Shown piece after piece: positions 59,852 to 64,000 of a stretch of DNA of 64,000 nucleotides. Where the stretch lies: assembly GCA_963711835.1 (NCBI GenBank), contig CAVQFQ010000005.1:160001-224000 (forward strand), read 5' to 3'. The position numbers and the translations under genes are program-made. The notes below the pieces were generated by a model, which saw only the letters and a list, made by a program, of their open reading frames with translations, made no database searches and was not told the origin of the DNA. Position 1 is the stretch's first letter. Every line of letters begins with the position of its first letter. This stretch comes from an uncultured delta proteobacterium. GTDB taxonomy: Bacteria; Desulfobacterota; RBG-13-43-22.

Positions 59852-61867
59852 ATGTCCCAAGGAACACAACTTCGGAAGCTATTTTCACCGATTCACCTCA
59901 ATAAAACCGAAATAGGCAACCGGATCGTCATGCCGGCCATGCATCTGGGCTATACCCCGGATGGCCTTGTTTCCGAGAGGCTGATCGATTTTTACCTTGA
60001 AAGGGCCCAGGGAGGAGTCGGCCTCATTATCATCGGCGGCTGCACCATTGATGAATACGGAGGTATGGCCGGGATGATCGCCATCCATGATGACCGTTTC
60101 ATGGAGGGCCTGGCCAAGTTGGCCCAAGCCGTTCAATCGGAAGGGACTAAACTCTTTGCCCAGCTTTATCAGGCCGGAAGATACGCCTATTCCTTCCTGA
60201 TCGGCGGCAAGACCCCCCTGGCCCCCTCGGCGGTCCGCAGCAAGCTCACCGGCGAAACGCCCAAGGCTATGGACCGGGATGAAATCGCCATGGTCCAGCA
60301 AAGTTTCGTTCAAGCCGCTTTGCGTTCTCAAAAAGCCGGCCTGGACGGAGTGGAAGTTTTGGGGAGCGCCGGCTATTTGATCAGCCAGTTCCTCTCCCCC
60401 ATCACCAACAAACGCCAGGACGAGTACGGCGGGTCCTGGGAAAATCGGCTGCGTTTCGGCCGAGAGGTGGTGGAAAAAATCCGCCTGGCCGTGGGGCCGG
60501 ATTTTCCTGTCATGGTCCGGATTGCCGGCAACGATTTCATGCCCGGCGGCAATACCAACCAGGAAGCCGCCCTTTTCGGCCGGGCCATGGAAGAGGCCAG
60601 GGCCGATGCCCTGAATGTCACCGGCGGCTGGCATGAAACCCGGGTGCCTCAGTTGACCATGATGCTTCCCCAGGGGGCCTTCACCTATCTGGCCCAGGGA
60701 GTAAAAAATGCCGTGGCCATTCCCGTCATAGCCTGCAACCGCATCAACGACCCCCAATTGGCCGATCAGGTCCTGCGCGACGACCAGGCCGATATGATCG
60801 GGATGGCCCGGGCCCTGATCACCGATCCCCAGATGCCCAAGAAAGCCATGGGCGGAAACCTGCAGGGCATTCAGCACTGTATTGCCTGCAATCAAGGCTG
60901 TTTTGATGAAGTCTTTAAACTCCAGCCGGTTACCTGTCTGGTGAATCCCAGGGCCGGCAAAGAAAAAGAATATCCGATTATCCGGGCCGAGAAAAAGAAA
61001 AAGGTCCTGGTCGTCGGCGGCGGTCCGGCCGGCATGATGGCCGCGGTCACCGCGGCCCGCCGGGGACATGCGGTTACCCTTTATGAACGTGAATCCCTTC
61101 TGGGAGGCCAACTGCCTCTGGCCGCCAGCCCTCCCGGCCGGGAAGAGATGGCCACCCTGATTAAGGACCTGGCCTATCAACTGGAGGTGTCAGCCGTTGA
61201 GGTGCACCTGGATCATGAAGTCACCTCAACCTTGGCGGAAGCCCTTGCTCCGGAAGTCATTATTGTTGCCACCGGGGCCCGGCCCCTGATCCCTCCTATC
61301 CCGGGAGTGAACGGGCCTCAGGTCCATACCGCCTGGGAGGTGCTCTCCGGCCAATTGGACGTCGTCAATCCGGTAGTCATCATCGGCGGAGGCGCCGTCG
61401 GCTGTGAAACCGCCCTCCTTCTGGCCCGAATAGGGACCCTTTCACCCCGGCAGTTATATTTCCTCCTTGAAAACCAGGCCGAAACACCGGAAACCCTTAC
61501 GCAGCTCATTCTTCATGGAAATAAGGAGATAACGATTGTAGAAATGATTTCCAAACTGGGTTCGGATATCGGCGCTTCAACCCGCTGGTCAATCCTTCAG
61601 GACATCCACCGCCGGGGGATCCAAACCCTTCTTGGTTCCCGGGTAATTGAAATTACACCCGAAGGGGTGGTCATCCGGAAAGAGGAATCTCTTAAGACTA
61701 TCCCGGCCCGAACGGTGGTTCTGGCCACCGGGTCGGAACCCCTGAGGGACTTGTATGAAGAACTCAAGGCCCTGGGGCCTGAAGTTTATTTAATCGGCGA
61801 TGCCCAGTCTCCTCGCAAGGCCCTGGAAGCGATTCGGGAGGGGCTGGAGGTAGCGCTGAAAATATAG
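59852..61867 (+). CDS. NADH:flavin oxidoreductase, FadH-like (2,4-dienoyl-CoA reductase family)
   Basis: GYLISQFLSP..NKR.DEYGGS, CIACNQGC..CLVNP Fe-S motif, two GxGxxG motifs. Confidence 0.92.
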   Translation: MSQGTQLRKLFSPIHLNKTEIGNRIVMPAMHLGYTPDGLVSERLIDFYLERAQGGVGLIIIGGCTIDEYGGMAGMIAIHDDRFMEGLAKLAQAVQSEGTKLFAQLYQAGRYAYSFLIGGKTPLAPSAVRSKLTGETPKAMDRDEIAMVQQSFVQAALRSQKAGLDGVEVLGSAGYLISQFLSPITNKRQDEYGGSWENRLRFGREVVEKIRLAVGPDFPVMVRIAGNDFMPGGNTNQEAALFGRAMEEARADALNVTGGWHETRVPQLTMMLPQGAFTYLAQGVKNAVAIPVIACNRINDPQLADQVLRDDQADMIGMARALITDPQMPKKAMGGNLQGIQHCIACNQGCFDEVFKLQPVTCLVNPRAGKEKEYPIIRAEKKKKVLVVGGGPAGMMAAVTAARRGHAVTLYERESLLGGQLPLAASPPGREEMATLIKDLAYQLEVSAVEVHLDHEVTSTLAEALAPEVIIVATGARPLIPPIPGVNGPQVHTAWEVLSGQLDVVNPVVIIGGGAVGCETALLLARIGTLSPRQLYFLLENQAETPETLTQLILHGNKEITIVEMISKLGSDIGASTRWSILQDIHRRGIQTLLGSRVIEITPEGVVIRKEESLKTIPARTVVLATGSEPLRDLYEELKALGPEVYLIGDAQSPRKALEAIREGLEVALKI

Positions 61868-61885
61868 ACCTTTACGGTATCAAAA

Positions 61886-62137
61886 TATTAACGACGTTTC
61901 CCAGGCCGGTGGGGCTGTTTTTTCTGGAGTCATTGGCGAAAGGGTCAGCCGTGGCGGATCTTTTCCGGACTTATCCATGGGGGAAACCGCAGCTCGGCCG
62001 CTGGTGTTTAGCGGGCGAGAATGCGGAGGGGGTAAAGAATCTCCCATGGACAAGTCCGAAGAAAAGACCAGCCCGAAAGCCACAGACGGAAGAAAAAGCG
62101 GCCTCACCGGGACGTTACAACTACGAGGCAGTTAATA
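61886..62137. repeat. ~250-nt nested hairpin element
   Basis: Four concentric arm pairs: tattaac/gttaata; ccggtggggctgttttttct/agaaaaagcggcctcaccgg; cggacttatccatggg/cccatggacaagtccg; ccgca.ctcg.ccgct/agcgggcgagaatgcgg. Confidence 0.75.
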
Positions 62138-62185
62138 AGTTACCCTCTTTTTTTAATCCCCTGATGAGACAGGAAGGAGACGCAA

Positions 62186-63331
62186 ATGATAACCCCCTGG
62201 TTTAAGGAAGAACACGAAATTTTTCGCAAGACCGTACGAAAATTTATGGAGACCGAGTTCGCTCCCCATGCGGATGACTGGGAGGAAAAGAAGGACTTCC
62301 CCAACTGGGTCTTTAAACGGGCGGGCGAGATGGGCTTTATCGGCCTCACCTACCCTGAGGAGGTAGGCGGTTCGGGGTGCGACACCTTCTATAAGGCCGT
62401 TTTTTGCGAAGAACTGCCGCGATCCGAGTCCGGGAGCGTGAACATGGCCTTGCTGGTGCAGAGCGACATGGCCTCACCCCCCATAAACATACTCGGCACC
62501 CCGGAGCAGAAGGAAGAATACCTGGTTCCCATGATCAAGGGGGACAAGATCGGTGCCCTGGGTGTCACCGAACCCAATGCCGGTTCGGATGTAGCCGCCA
62601 TGAGGACCACGGCCCGAAGGGATGGGGACTACTACCGGATCAATGGGACCAAGCTCTTTATCACCAACGGGGCCCGGGCCGATGTCATCACTTTGGCCGC
62701 CAAGACCGACCCGGACCAGGGCTACCACGGCATCAGCCTCTTTCTGGTGGATACCGCCCTGCCAGGCTTCTCAGTCAGCCGCAGACTCGAAAAAATGGGC
62801 ATGCATGCCTCCGATACCACGGAATTGCGCTTTGACGACGTGCGGGTTCACAAGAGCAAACTCCTGGGCCGGGAAAACCAGGGCTTCTATGAGGTGATGA
62901 TCAATTTCCAGGGGGAACGCCTGGTGGCTGCCCTAACGGCGGCCGCCGGTGCCTCCTATGTCCTCGACAAAACGATCACCTATATCAAAGAACGTGAGGT
63001 TTTCGGGAGACCCCTGAGCAAATTTCAAATCACCCGGCACAAAGTTGTGGATATGATCTGTGAGATTGAGGCTGTTCGACAATACCTCTATTATTGCTGC
63101 TGGCTCTTTGATCAGAACAAAAATCCGGCCCGGGAGGTCTCCATCGCCAAGATCATGGCCACCGAGATGTCCCTAAGGGTGATCAATCAGTGCCTCCAGC
63201 TCCACGGCGGTTACGGCTACATGAAGGAGTTCAAGATTGAGCGGGCCTACCGGGATGCCCGGTTGGGGACCATCGGGGGAGGCGCCACCGAGGTCCTGAA
63301 AGAGGTCATCGGCCGGATGGAAGGCCTCTAA
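62186..63331 (+). CDS. acyl-CoA dehydrogenase
   Basis: TEPNAGSD, NGTKLFITNG, KMGMHASDT, QLHGGYGYM, IGGGATEV. Confidence 0.96.
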   Translation: MITPWFKEEHEIFRKTVRKFMETEFAPHADDWEEKKDFPNWVFKRAGEMGFIGLTYPEEVGGSGCDTFYKAVFCEELPRSESGSVNMALLVQSDMASPPINILGTPEQKEEYLVPMIKGDKIGALGVTEPNAGSDVAAMRTTARRDGDYYRINGTKLFITNGARADVITLAAKTDPDQGYHGISLFLVDTALPGFSVSRRLEKMGMHASDTTELRFDDVRVHKSKLLGRENQGFYEVMINFQGERLVAALTAAAGASYVLDKTITYIKEREVFGRPLSKFQITRHKVVDMICEIEAVRQYLYYCCWLFDQNKNPAREVSIAKIMATEMSLRVINQCLQLHGGYGYMKEFKIERAYRDARLGTIGGGATEVLKEVIGRMEGL

Positions 63332-63827
63332 GGGCGTTTTTTCGTAAGGCCTGCGGCCTGACGAGGATAACCAAAGCGCCATGGAATGACGTTTAAATAA
63401 TTTCTTGACAAAGCCCCCTTTTTTGCTTTAGCTTTATGCTGACCTTTTAACGGGCCGGCCGCCTGGTTCTCCTGTGGGTAGTTGACGTGCCTTACCGGTA
63501 ACAGGTTGTCAGGCGTTTTCTTCAATTTTTCATCTCTTCAACAGGTTCTACCAAGAAGCCCTTTGGAACTACCCCAAAGGTTCAAATCCATCGTCTTACG
63601 AAACCCAGGGGATGCCTTGGGATCGGACGGAGGAATTATTTGCAGCTCACCGATCACGGTCCTGATCAAACTTCCATTTATTATTCCAGCTTTTTTGGCC
63701 TGGGGGTTTCCCCGGCACTCCGACATTCCTTGGGAGGAGGTGAAAAAAAGGACCACGGCATAAAAATTAGCAGCTTCACCGGATAACCCGATCGTCTGAC
63801 GCACTTTATCCAGAAGGAGGTAAAGTA

Positions 63828-64000
63828 ATGAAGCCAAGATTTTTTATTTGCTTTTCATGTTTTCTTGCCCTGGTGGTGATGGCCTTTAGCCCTGTTTCAG
63901 CCAAAGAGATCAAGGTCCTCTCCCAGTTTCCCATGAGCGGCCCGGTGGGCTCCCTGCCCGAATTCGGATGGGGTTATATCGACGGGATGAACTGGGTCAA
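63828..64000 (+). CDS. ABC transporter substrate-binding protein (LivJ-like), partial
   Basis: AAGGAGGT RBS; MKPRFF...SAKEIKVLSQFPMSGPVG signal peptide and periplasmic-binding-protein start. Confidence 0.75.
   Translation, partial: MKPRFFICFSCFLALVVMAFSPVSAKEIKVLSQFPMSGPVGSLPEFGWGYIDGMNWV

Noticed and set aside
59885-61180. Long antisense ORFs (this 431-aa one, 25622-26674, 14649-15422, 4695-5417 and others)
   Set aside because: They are shadows of well-supported genes on the opposite strand and carry no recognisable motifs.

Overview
A 64 kb bacterial chromosome segment. Gene content and synteny (ilvBNC-psd-pssA-leuA; pgpA-cinA-thpR-recA-alaS; argS-SPOR-GNAT-secA-argJ) point to a deltaproteobacterial (Desulfobacterota-like) genome; this assignment is inference. 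Most of the window is housekeeping and metabolic genes. Three things go beyond the ORF track. (1) A decayed minus-strand integron cassette array downstream of argJ (about 27.0-33.8 kb). It has five attC hairpins, no integrase, several toxin-antitoxin pairs, an HNH remnant and a Y1/RAYT transposase fragment. (2) A dense set of non-autonomous hairpin elements. One homologous ~215-bp IR-bounded core occurs free-standing and also nested inside two different outer shells with 8-bp target duplications, and one copy has the core inverted. A separate MITE has replaced the C-terminus of AlaS. (3) About ten genes carry single-base frameshifts, most consistent with assembly indel errors. No rRNA, tRNA or CRISPR array was found.
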